Of a stretch of 49,826 nt of DNA, positions 9,787-18,213 are shown piece by piece. The number at the start of each line of letters is the position of its first letter. Within the stretch, counting starts at the first letter, position 1. Made by a program: the position numbers and the translations under genes. The stretch lies in the sequence record SRR20825010_3141, one strand, 5' to 3'. Below the pieces are notes generated by a model, which was given only the letters and a program-made list of their open reading frames with translations, did no database searches and was not told the DNA's origin.

Positions 9787-10680
9787 ATGGACCTGGATTT
9801 CGCTCGCCCTGATCTCGAACTGGCTTTGGCAGTGATCGTGGTGACATTGATGACTTTGGGTGCCTATCGCCTGGGATGCCGCTTTCAATCCGCTTCGGAA
9901 CGATCGGACCGCTGGGTGTTTTTGGGGTTGGTCGGGATTTCGTTCTTATTCGCCTGGAGCTTCTTCGGTCGCCTGATTTGGGCTGAAGCCATCACATCAT
10001 CCGCGGCCCTCTACTGGTCCAACGTAACACCTGTTGTTCTGGCGTTCTCCGCGGGAATGGCGGGGCACGCGGTCGATTTGCGTCGCAATTTTCGGCCTGC
10101 TGTCGCTGGGATCATGATGACATTGGCAGTTGCTTTCGTGATCACGCCCATAGCTCGTCCGGTTCTGTTTCCCTTGGATTGGGATCAACCTCGTGAACCA
10201 CAATGGATGTCGCAGTGGCATGATGGTGTCTACATTCAGTCCAACTCTGCCAGTTGTGCCCCCGCCGCCGCCGTCACACTCTTGGATCGATCGGGGATCA
10301 AAGCCGACGAACAGGATCTTGCCAAATCTTGCTTGAGCAGTTCGCTGGGAACCGCACCTTTGGGACTTTACCGTGGTCTGTCGACCGTCGCGCACCAGCA
10401 CGACCGAAAGGCGAAGGTTGCGTCTCGTAATCCCAGTCTTTGGCTTGAGAAAGGTCAACTTCCCAATGTCGCGTTGGTTCGATTTGGACTGACCGGTGAT
10501 AATCCTCAGGACAACGGTTTCTTAGGCAACGTTACGGTCGGGCATGTCGTGACTGTGCTGGGCCAGACCGACGGTGGTCGCTGGTTGATCGGGGACCCCG
10601 CGGTCGGCAAGGTTTCCTGGAGTGACGAAGAGCTGCGACGACGGTTCACGGGTGAAGCCATCTATTTGGCCGATCAGTGA
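9787..10680 (+). CDS. Membrane protein with C-terminal C39-like cysteine peptidase domain
   Basis: About four N-terminal TM helices, then Q..ASCAPAA (Cys), GHVVTV (His) and IGDP (Asp). GGAGGTG Shine-Dalgarno at 9777-9783. Confidence 0.72.
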   Translation: MDLDFARPDLELALAVIVVTLMTLGAYRLGCRFQSASERSDRWVFLGLVGISFLFAWSFFGRLIWAEAITSSAALYWSNVTPVVLAFSAGMAGHAVDLRRNFRPAVAGIMMTLAVAFVITPIARPVLFPLDWDQPREPQWMSQWHDGVYIQSNSASCAPAAAVTLLDRSGIKADEQDLAKSCLSSSLGTAPLGLYRGLSTVAHQHDRKAKVASRNPSLWLEKGQLPNVALVRFGLTGDNPQDNGFLGNVTVGHVVTVLGQTDGGRWLIGDPAVGKVSWSDEELRRRFTGEAIYLADQ

Positions 10681-10709
10681 ATCGAATTGTTGATTGGCAA
10701 AAACGAAGT

Positions 10710-11567
10710 TCAAGCGTCGTCGGGTGATTCGGTGGCCGCAATTGATTCACTGAGACGTGAATACATCTCGGGACGTCGATCGGCAAACCGGTCGATGACG
10801 TGTTTTCCTGGCGTGCGTTCGATGCGTTTGTTACGGGCCTGTTCCAGATCGATGTCGACGATCAGCTCCGTTTCCTCAGCTCCTTTTGCGCGAGCCAGTT
10901 CCACGCCGTCAGGGCCACAGATCGAACTCAAGCCACAGTATTCGAAGCCGCGCTCTTCACCAATTCGATTTGCGGCAACGAAGAACAAATGGTTTTCCAT
11001 GCTTCGCGCTGGGGGAACAATTTCTGCGGTGCGAGAAGCAGCGACCGGCCAGTTGGTTCCCAGCGCAATGACGTCCGCACCGGCCAGTCCCAACGCTCGC
11101 ATGGGTTCCGGGAAGGAACTGTCATAGCAGATTCCCAGTCCCACTTTGCAACCCGATTGAGTGGTGAAAGTTTGATCGCAAACGAGTCCGCGATCGACGA
11201 AACGGTCCACGCCCAAGTGTGGCAGGTGGACTTTGTTGTAGCGTCCGAGCAACCCGGACCCGTCGATCATCAAAGCTGAGTTGTGGAGCACGTCCCGATC
11301 CTTCCGAATCAGCGTTCCAATCGTGATTGTCAGTCGATTGGCTTGGCAAGCTTCGATCAAACGGCCGATTGCGGGGGAATCAATTGTGGGGGCGGCGTCG
11401 AGTGCTTCCTCACGACTTTCGTATCCGTATCCCGTAAGCGTGCATTCAGGGAAAACGGCGAGTTCGACGCTTTGTTTGCCGAGCTGTTCCATCTTCTTGC
11501 AGACGTCGTCGACGTTCTGATCGACGGACGCAAAATGGACACCGGTCTGGACGCAAGCAATCAACAT
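10710..11567 (-). CDS. Carbon-nitrogen hydrolase (nitrilase superfamily)
   Basis: Glu-Lys-Cys triad motifs FPECTLTGY, YNKVHL, GICYD. Start at ATG 11567 (MLIACVQ). Confidence 0.9.
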   Translation of the reverse strand: MLIACVQTGVHFASVDQNVDDVCKKMEQLGKQSVELAVFPECTLTGYGYESREEALDAAPTIDSPAIGRLIEACQANRLTITIGTLIRKDRDVLHNSALMIDGSGLLGRYNKVHLPHLGVDRFVDRGLVCDQTFTTQSGCKVGLGICYDSSFPEPMRALGLAGADVIALGTNWPVAASRTAEIVPPARSMENHLFFVAANRIGEERGFEYCGLSSICGPDGVELARAKGAEETELIVDIDLEQARNKRIERTPGKHVIDRFADRRPEMYSRLSESIAATESPDDA

Positions 11568-11732
11568 CGTACAAACAAGACTTATTCGACGGGGTGACGG
11601 ATTCTTTCGAGCCATGATTCGAACAGAAAACGACGCTCCGTGGTACCCAATCATGTCGAGACACGAAGCGAACGGTGAGGCGGCCAACGCTGAATTGACT
11701 CGCGATTCATTGCAAATTTCAGGGAACGAGTC

Positions 11733-13226
11733 ATGTCATCAGCGACCGAATCCTCCTCGTCCAACGGGGCGGCGTCGCCCGACGAAACACCGGATATCAA
11801 TTTGCCTGCCCCCGAAGCGAAGCCAGCCGCCAAGCCCGCACCTGACAAATTTGATTTTGATTTATTTGTCATTGGCACCGGACCGGGCGGCGAAGGTGCC
11901 GCCATGCAAGCTGCGAAAGGTGGATTGCGTGTTGGTGTTGCGGAACGCTATCGGCAAATCGGTGGTGGTTGCACCCACTGGGGGACAATTCCCAGCAAGG
12001 CCCTGCGATACGCAGTGACCAGCACTATGAAGTCGCTGAAGAATCCTGTGATGCGAGAAATGGGATTCGCGGCTAGCCCGAGCATGGAACAGCTCAACCG
12101 TGGCACGCAGGCGATCATCGGCCGTCAAGTCACCATGCGACAATCGTTTTATGATCGCAACTCGGTCCCGATCTCTCGCGGACAAGCACGCTTTGTCGAC
12201 GAGCACACGATCACGATCGACAACGGGGAATTGATCACCGCGGCCGCATTCGTGATCTCAACCGGATCGCGACCTTACCGTCCCAAAGGCGTTGACTTTT
12301 CACATCCCAGAATTTTCGATAGCGACACGATTCTGGAAATGAAGGACAAGCCAACATCAATCACGGTGTATGGCGCCGGCGTGATTGGAACTGAATACGC
12401 TTCGATGTTTCGTAACCTGGGGATCAAAGTCAATTTGATCAACACGCGAGACAAGTTGTTGGAGTTCCTGGACGACGAAATCATTGATGCGCTGTCGTAT
12501 CATTTGCGTGATCAGGGCGTCATCATTCGCCACAACGAGACAATGGAAAGCATTGAAGGTCTGGACGATGGCGTGATCTTGCGACTGAAAAGTGGCAAAG
12601 TGCTCAAGACAGATGTGTTCCTCTGGGCGAATGGTCGCCAAGGCAACACGGATGACTTGGGACTGAAGAATCTTCCGATCGAAGCAAACAGTCGCGGCCA
12701 AATTGTCGTCGACGAGCATTTTCAAACTTGCTTGCCGCACATCTACGCCGTCGGCGATGTCATTGGAATTCCTTCTCTAGCCAGTGCCGCTTACACGCAA
12801 GGCCGCGCCGCGGGAATGCATTTGTTGGGGCGAGTGGATGGCAATTTACGGCTCAACGACATTCCAACAGGCATCTACACCAGCCCCGAAATCAGCTCGG
12901 TCGGTTCGACTGAACGTGAATTGACCGAGCGGTGCGTTCCCTACGAAGTTGGCCAAGCACAATTTCGCTCGCTGGCACGTGCTCAGATCACCGGTGAAAC
13001 CACCGGCATGTTGAAGCTGTTGTTTCATCGCGAAACCAAAGAGATTCTTGGCGTGCACTGCTTTGGTGCCAACGCGTCGGAGATCATTCACATTGGCCAG
13101 GCGATTATGAATCAACCGGGAAGGCAGAACACGATCGATTACTTCATCGAAACGACGTTCAACTATCCAACCATGGCCGAAGCGTATCGAGTCGCGGCGT
13201 TGAACGGACTCAACCGGCTTTTTTAA
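11733..13226 (+). CDS. sthA: Soluble pyridine nucleotide transhydrogenase
   Basis: [26 protein letters not shown] (CxxxxT instead of the disulfide CxxxxC), [10 protein letters not shown], and C-terminal [22 protein letters not shown]. Confidence 0.92.
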   Translation: MSSATESSSSNGAASPDETPDINLPAPEAKPAAKPAPDKFDFDLFVIGTGPGGEGAAMQAAKGGLRVGVAERYRQIGGGCTHWGTIPSKALRYAVTSTMKSLKNPVMREMGFAASPSMEQLNRGTQAIIGRQVTMRQSFYDRNSVPISRGQARFVDEHTITIDNGELITAAAFVISTGSRPYRPKGVDFSHPRIFDSDTILEMKDKPTSITVYGAGVIGTEYASMFRNLGIKVNLINTRDKLLEFLDDEIIDALSYHLRDQGVIIRHNETMESIEGLDDGVILRLKSGKVLKTDVFLWANGRQGNTDDLGLKNLPIEANSRGQIVVDEHFQTCLPHIYAVGDVIGIPSLASAAYTQGRAAGMHLLGRVDGNLRLNDIPTGIYTSPEISSVGSTERELTERCVPYEVGQAQFRSLARAQITGETTGMLKLLFHRETKEILGVHCFGANASEIIHIGQAIMNQPGRQNTIDYFIETTFNYPTMAEAYRVAALNGLNRLF

Positions 13227-13228
13227 AT

Positions 13229-13525
13229 ATGAGCGAACCCGGCACCGAATCGACATCTGAATCAACCGGCGATCTGCTCGCACGCAAACGGAACGACTTG
13301 GCGGTGATCCGAACGGATCTTGCCAATGAGCGGACGTTGCTGGCGTATTTGCGGACGTCGTTGATGATGGTGGGAACCGGGGGAACGCTGATCAAGTTCT
13401 TCGGCGAGTCTCGCGAATTATTGATCGCGGGATATGGCGCGATCGGGATCGGTGCGGTCGTTCTGTTGGCCGGTTTCGTTCGCTTTCTTCAAACCATGCG
13501 ACGGGTGCGATCGGATTGCCAATGA
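13229..13525 (+). CDS. DUF202/YidH-family small membrane protein
   Basis: RTDLANERTLLAYLRT signature followed by two TM helices; 2 bp downstream of sthA. Confidence 0.85.
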   Translation: MSEPGTESTSESTGDLLARKRNDLAVIRTDLANERTLLAYLRTSLMMVGTGGTLIKFFGESRELLIAGYGAIGIGAVVLLAGFVRFLQTMRRVRSDCQ

Positions 13526-13531
13526 ACGCGA

Positions 13532-14164
13532 TCAAACGCCTGCGTACATCAGCGAATCTTCGATGACCGCTTCAAATTCGGTTTCGGTTAGCTCGAGTAG
13601 ATCTTTTAGGCGACCGAGTTGACGAATTTTGGCATCGGAGACTTCTTCCTCGCAGGACGAGGCCGCTAAGAACATAGCTTGCAGAGCGAGCAAACGCTGT
13701 TGCATGTTCCAGCGTTTGGAAACGGTCATGACATAGTTTTGCGTTTCAATCCCCGAATGCATGGCGACCGAACACAGCCGTCCCAGTTCTTCTCGGGAGA
13801 TCGGGTTTTCCAGGATCACTCGGCTGATTCGAAGTAACGACTGAATCTCGGGCTCGGAAATTTCTTCGTCTTCCAACGTCATCAAAACGCAGGACCGAAT
13901 TGCCTCGTTGCGAAACTGATTCTCGCGAACTTGTTCGTGCGTGCGTTGGTCGATGTGCAGAACGCTCAGATCCCAGGGCGATTTGCAGTTGTCGCATTGG
14001 ATGAACGGTTCGGGGGCGCTGATCGGAATGACCGGGATGAAATACAGGGTCAGAAACGTGCGTTTCGTACGTTGACGGTAACCCTGGATCGATTCGCAGG
14101 TTGGGCAGTAGAACTCCCCCCGTTCCAGGGTCCGAGTCAACTGCATGGTGCTGATGAAAATCAT
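13532..14164 (-). CDS. Zinc-ribbon plus TerB-like domain protein
   Basis: CPTC...FLTLYFIPVIP...CDNC zinc ribbon, followed by a helical acidic domain (EDEEISEPE, EEVSDAKI) resembling TerB. Confidence 0.6.
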   Translation of the reverse strand: MIFISTMQLTRTLERGEFYCPTCESIQGYRQRTKRTFLTLYFIPVIPISAPEPFIQCDNCKSPWDLSVLHIDQRTHEQVRENQFRNEAIRSCVLMTLEDEEISEPEIQSLLRISRVILENPISREELGRLCSVAMHSGIETQNYVMTVSKRWNMQQRLLALQAMFLAASSCEEEVSDAKIRQLGRLKDLLELTETEFEAVIEDSLMYAGV

Positions 14165-14257
14165 GTTCTTTCTCGGTCCGTTGTCATCGAAGCCGGCTCT
14201 TTAGCGGCGCCGGCGACGATCGCGAATGGATTGATCTACAGTCGAGATGTCGATCGT

Positions 14258-14265
14258 GCCGATTA
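14258..14265 (+). promoter_or_regulatory. Possible sigma28 (FliA) -10 element for flgL
   Basis: GCCGATTA is one mismatch from GCCGATAA and lies 70 nt upstream of the flgL ATG. The -35 match is weak (TACAG, 14237-14241). Confidence 0.35.
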
Positions 14266-14334
14266 CAACGATACCGAAAATACTTTCCTCGTGCTTTCGG
14301 ACGGTGTCTTCGAACCATATCGCATCGTTGAAAC

Positions 14335-16290
14335 ATGTCACTACTTCCCGTCGCAACCAACCGTACGAGCACGCCGCTGCAGAACCAGCGGTTGATGTTC
14401 CAGCTCAACAGCGACCAATTGGCGATCCAACGTCAATACGATCAGCTTAGCACTGGTCGTCGAGTGTTGAGCATCAGCGATGATCCAGCGGCAGCTTCGC
14501 GGGCGATCGGACTGCAGCGAGGAGTTTCACGAACGGATCAGTTGGTTCGCAACGCGAGTGCCGCCGAGGCATTTTACCAATCCGCGGACGTGACGCTCAA
14601 TAAAGTCGACACCGCCATTATCGAAGCTCGTGGTGCCGCCGTGGAGGCCGCACAGAGCGTTTTGTCTGATGACCAACGTGAGGCGTTGGCGATGACGATT
14701 CGTCAGCAGATGGAGCAAATTGTCAGTGCCGGAAACGGCATGTTCACCGACCACCAATTGCTCGGCGGCGTTTTACAAACCGAATCGGCATTGGAACACA
14801 TCAGCGGAACGGTTCGTTTCAACGGCAACCAGGCGATTGGGCAAACCAAACTCGGCGATGGAACTCGAACCGAGTTCACTGTCACCGCCGCATCCGCGAT
14901 TGGACTGGGGGAACCATTCATCGAAGGAAGCTCGTTGGGCGCGGCTCTCAACGCTGATACTCGTTTGATCGACATGAAACAGGGCGCGGGCGTGCAGGCC
15001 GGCGTGTTGACTGTTTCAGACGGCGACAATTTCGTGGAACTCGATCTTCGTCAGGCGGCGACGATTGGCGACGTCGCTGACATCATGCGTTCGGCGGATT
15101 TGGACGGGCGATCGTTGTCGGTGACTCTGGGGGCGGATTCGATCACCGTTCAGTATGCGGACGGTTTGCCCGGGACTTTGGCGATTAAAGATGCACCCGG
15201 AAGTCGTCTGGCGTCGGATTTGTTGATCTCCAACCCGGAAGGTTTTCGCGCTCCACCATTGATTGGCGACCGCTTGTCGCCCCAAGTGACCGCGGGAACT
15301 CCATTGGCCGACCTTAATAATGGCGTAGGCCTCGATTTGTCCGACGGACTGGTCATTGATCGCGGAAACGAACGATTCAACATCGATTTTTCTGATGCTG
15401 AAACAATTGGCGACGTTGTCATTGCAATCAACCGAAGCGATGCCGAAGTCAGAGCTGTGCTGAACGAAACGCAGGGCAGGATCGAGTTGCACGCGTTGCG
15501 TTCGGGAGTCGATTACAGCGTTGGCGAGAATGGCGGGACGGCGGCGTCGGAATTGGGCATTCGGACCGCCACCGAAGACACTCTGATCAGCGATTTGGCA
15601 CGCGGAAGGGGATTGAATTTCAATCCCGCCGGTCCTGATTTGGTGATCACTCGACCCGATGGCGTCGAGCTGGAGTTGGAGTTGGAAGATGTGGCGACGG
15701 TGGGTGAGATCATCGATTTAGTCCGGAACCATCCAGACAACCAGGACACACTTCGCGTTCAGATCACGTTGAACGACGTCGGGAACGGTTTGCGATTGAC
15801 GGCGCCTCCGGGGGCCGACCCGATCCGCGTCACGCAACCGGGGTTAAGCGATGCCGGGACCTATTTGGGATGGATTCCCGAAGATGCAACGGCCGCCGAG
15901 GGCGAATTCGACGGCAGTTTCGCGGTGCTGAACGGTCGTGATTACCAGCCTCGTGATGCCGGCGGAGCGATCGACACGCTATTGCGGCTTGAGCAAGCGG
16001 TTCGTGACGGGGATATCTCGGAAATCGGCCGTCTTCAAGCCCGCTTGGATGAAGACCTCGACGACAGCACGCGAACTCGTGGCCGCGTTGGGGTTTGGCA
16101 TTCGGCTCTTCAGGACTCACGCACCGCGGTGGAAAACGAAAATGTATTGCTTCAATCGCAACTGTCCGATGCGATGGACGCCGATTTGGCGGTCGTGATT
16201 AGCGAACTGCAGGCTCGTCAGGTCGCGTTGGAAGCGTCCATGCGATTCGTTGGGCAAACGTCGGGCATCACCGTTCTGAACTACTTGTAG
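14335..16290 (+). CDS. flgL: Flagellar hook-associated protein 3 (flagellin family), extended central region
   Basis: N-terminal QLSTGRRVLSISDDPAAA and C-terminal DADLAVVISELQ...ALEAS...ITVLNYL. It lies directly upstream of fliW-csrA, the usual position of flgL. Confidence 0.8.
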   Translation: MSLLPVATNRTSTPLQNQRLMFQLNSDQLAIQRQYDQLSTGRRVLSISDDPAAASRAIGLQRGVSRTDQLVRNASAAEAFYQSADVTLNKVDTAIIEARGAAVEAAQSVLSDDQREALAMTIRQQMEQIVSAGNGMFTDHQLLGGVLQTESALEHISGTVRFNGNQAIGQTKLGDGTRTEFTVTAASAIGLGEPFIEGSSLGAALNADTRLIDMKQGAGVQAGVLTVSDGDNFVELDLRQAATIGDVADIMRSADLDGRSLSVTLGADSITVQYADGLPGTLAIKDAPGSRLASDLLISNPEGFRAPPLIGDRLSPQVTAGTPLADLNNGVGLDLSDGLVIDRGNERFNIDFSDAETIGDVVIAINRSDAEVRAVLNETQGRIELHALRSGVDYSVGENGGTAASELGIRTATEDTLISDLARGRGLNFNPAGPDLVITRPDGVELELELEDVATVGEIIDLVRNHPDNQDTLRVQITLNDVGNGLRLTAPPGADPIRVTQPGLSDAGTYLGWIPEDATAAEGEFDGSFAVLNGRDYQPRDAGGAIDTLLRLEQAVRDGDISEIGRLQARLDEDLDDSTRTRGRVGVWHSALQDSRTAVENENVLLQSQLSDAMDADLAVVISELQARQVALEASMRFVGQTSGITVLNYL

Positions 16291-16385
16291 TCAACTGGCT
16301 CGGGGCGAGGGCGGCTGCCGCGTTGATGGCTGGGAATTCCGGTTGTGACGGCTGCAGCGAATTTCCGCTTTTTTTCGATTGTTCA

Positions 16386-16414
16386 GTGAACTGGCATCGT
16401 CAGGTGGTCGATGA
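16386..16414 (+). promoter_or_regulatory. Putative alternative-sigma promoter for fliW (GTGAACT-N14-GTCGATGA)
   Basis: The same two boxes with the same spacing recur upstream of csrA at 17219-17247. The downstream box resembles the sigma28 -10 GCCGATAA. Confidence 0.55.
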
Positions 16415-16421
16415 AAGTATC

Positions 16422-16489
16422 GACGGAGAACCCGATGGAACCGTCTGGGACAGGACCGGTCCCGGATACCAAAAAATTCGACGAGTGGA
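16422..16489 (+). promoter_or_regulatory. GGA-rich fliW leader, putative CsrA-binding region
   Basis: Six GGA trinucleotides (16425, 16437, 16448, 16453, 16464, 16487). Stems GACGG/CCGTC and GGGAC/GTCCC place ATGGAA and AGGA in loops. Confidence 0.5.
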
Positions 16490-16497
16490 ATCAAGTC

Positions 16498-16962
16498 ATG
16501 CGGATCGACAGTCATCGCTTCGGCACGTTGGAACTCAACGCCGATCAGTTGTTTTTGTTCCCGCAAGGTTTGATCGGAATGGAATCGCTTCATCAGTGGG
16601 CGCTCATTCCCGATCCTGACAACGCTTCGGTTGCGTGGCTGCAAAGTGCTGCCCGTGGTGATCGAGCGTTGGCCGTGATCAGCCCACGTGCGTTCTTTCC
16701 CGATTATCGCGTCCACATTGGTCGCCGTGATTTGTCGAGCCTGCACCTGACATCAGGTTCCGAAGTCTACGTGATGACCACCGTCGCCGGACACGTCGGG
16801 AAACTGACGACCAACCTGCGTGCTCCTTTGATGTTGAACTTGGATCGCCGGTTGGGTTGTCAAGTCATCACAAACGACGATCGCCCCATGCGTCAGCCAT
16901 TGCCAACCGTGGCGGCTGAATCGGCCAAGCCACTGCCGACGTCGCAAGTACGGGCCGCCTGA
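16498..16962 (+). CDS. fliW: Flagellar assembly factor / CsrA antagonist FliW
   Basis: [41 protein letters not shown]; located between flgL and csrA. Confidence 0.92.
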
Positions 16963-16991
16963 GCCGAAACGATGCATCTGAAACAAACGCG

Positions 16992-17023
16992 AATGGCGAG
17001 CACTCACTGTGCTCGCCATTTTT
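16992..17023 (+). terminator. Rho-independent terminator after fliW
   Basis: Perfect 12-bp stem AATGGCGAGCAC / GTGCTCGCCATT with a TCACT loop, running into TTTTT. Confidence 0.7.
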
Positions 17024-17218
17024 CGTTGGCATGCGGTACAGCGATGACCAAGTGGCAATTGAGTCCGCCCGAGTGGTCTGGGGTCTCGGAAAACGCACGG
17101 AGTGAACCTGCAACAGTCAATTCGTGTCCGGATCCGGTGTTGGGGATCGGTGGGCGTTGCAAACGGGGTACCAAGTCGAATCGGCACGACCGGCACGTGC
17201 CGACCTTCTGACCGATGC

Positions 17219-17247
17219 GTGAACTATTCCATGCGGTGGGTCGATGA
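17219..17247 (+). promoter_or_regulatory. Putative alternative-sigma promoter for csrA (GTGAACT-N14-GTCGATGA)
   Basis: Exact repeat of both boxes and the spacing found upstream of fliW; the spacer sequence differs. Confidence 0.55.
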
Positions 17248-17307
17248 GTGGTGTACGCGAGGCGAAACAACGGGTGTTGTTTCATCAGGTGAACCTCGTC
17301 CGAAACT

Positions 17308-17346
17308 TTGCGATGGAATGCAACAACTCTCGGCAATGGACTGCCG
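17308..17346 (+). promoter_or_regulatory. Two tandem ANGGAN-hexaloop hairpins (putative CsrA sites) in the csrA leader
   Basis: TTGCG-ATGGAA-TGCAA (17308-17323) and CGGCA-ATGGAC-TGCCG (17331-17346). A further GGA lies in the SD GAGGA (17412-17416). Confidence 0.65.
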
Positions 17347-17420
17347 CCGTGAACACATTGAAATTCCTGACGAATTGATTCGAAAGCTCTCCCACTCCGA
17401 CAACTTAAGCCGAGGACACC

Positions 17421-17645
17421 ATGCTCGTCCTTTCCCGACACCGCGACGAAAGCATCATGATTGGTGACGATGTGGTCGTAACCATCGTTGATATCCGAGG
17501 CGACAAAGTGCGTCTGGGGATTGAAGCTCCACAAGCGATTCCAGTGCACCGCCAGGAAGTTTATGACGCGATTCAGCGAGAAAATCGCCGCGCGTCACAA
17601 ACAGGTGCGGGGGCTACGAAAGACGTTCGTCCACCTCGCGACTGA
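17421..17645 (+). CDS. csrA: Carbon storage regulator / translational repressor CsrA
   Basis: MLVLSR..ESIMIGDDV..TIV.IRGDKVRLGIEAP..IPVHRQEVYDAIQRENRRA. The C-terminal ENxxA extension is characteristic of FliW-regulated CsrA. Confidence 0.97.
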   Translation: MLVLSRHRDESIMIGDDVVVTIVDIRGDKVRLGIEAPQAIPVHRQEVYDAIQRENRRASQTGAGATKDVRPPRD

Positions 17646-17700
17646 ACGCCGTCAGAAGTGATGTTTCGCGAAAATGCCCGGTGGGTGTTTTCGTCGAACA

Positions 17701-18213
17701 TCAATGAGTCGTTGGATCGTCCGTCGTGGGTGACGGGTGAATCCATTGGCGGTCGCCTGATTCAAATCGTTCCTGTTTCCAAATCGGAACGTCTTTTTTC
17801 AAGCGTTCCATGATGGTGGCAACCGCATCGAGCGAGGCGACTCGGTGGGAACTGCTGCATCCGACGATCACGCTGGCTTGTCCGATCGGGACAACGCCCA
17901 GGCGGTGCCAAATCACGACCCGGTGCAAGGTGAATTCCCGCACGGCGTCGTGAGCAAGCTCTCTGAGTTGCTTGACCGCCATTTCGCGATGGGCCGTGTA
18001 CGAAAGTTCTTTCGTGACGGTCACGCGATCGCCCTGAACCGTTTTGCGGCGAGTCACTCCATGGAACCAAAGCATCGCACCCGCGTCGGGGTGTGCCAGC
18101 CAAGGTTCTTCGGAGGACGTCGCGGCAACCATTGGTTCCAAAGGTTCGTCCGTCAAACAGACGTGAACGGAATCGGATTTCTCGTCGGCGGTGGGTTGGA
18201 CAGGCACGATCAA
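17701..18213 (-). CDS. moaE: Molybdopterin synthase catalytic subunit
   Basis: GAMLWFHGVTR, IWHRLGVVPIGQAS, SSHR, LKKDVPIWKQE. The TTG start overlaps the moaD stop. Confidence 0.92.
   Translation of the reverse strand: MIVPVQPTADEKSDSVHVCLTDEPLEPMVAATSSEEPWLAHPDAGAMLWFHGVTRRKTVQGDRVTVTKELSYTAHREMAVKQLRELAHDAVREFTLHRVVIWHRLGVVPIGQASVIVGCSSSHRVASLDAVATIMERLKKDVPIWKQERFESGDRQWIHPSPTTDDPTTH

Noticed and set aside
17004-17549. ORFs 17102-17467 (+) and 17004-17549 (-) in the fliW-csrA spacer
   Set aside because: They overlap csrA and have no motifs; the region is better explained by a terminator, promoter motif and RNA hairpins.
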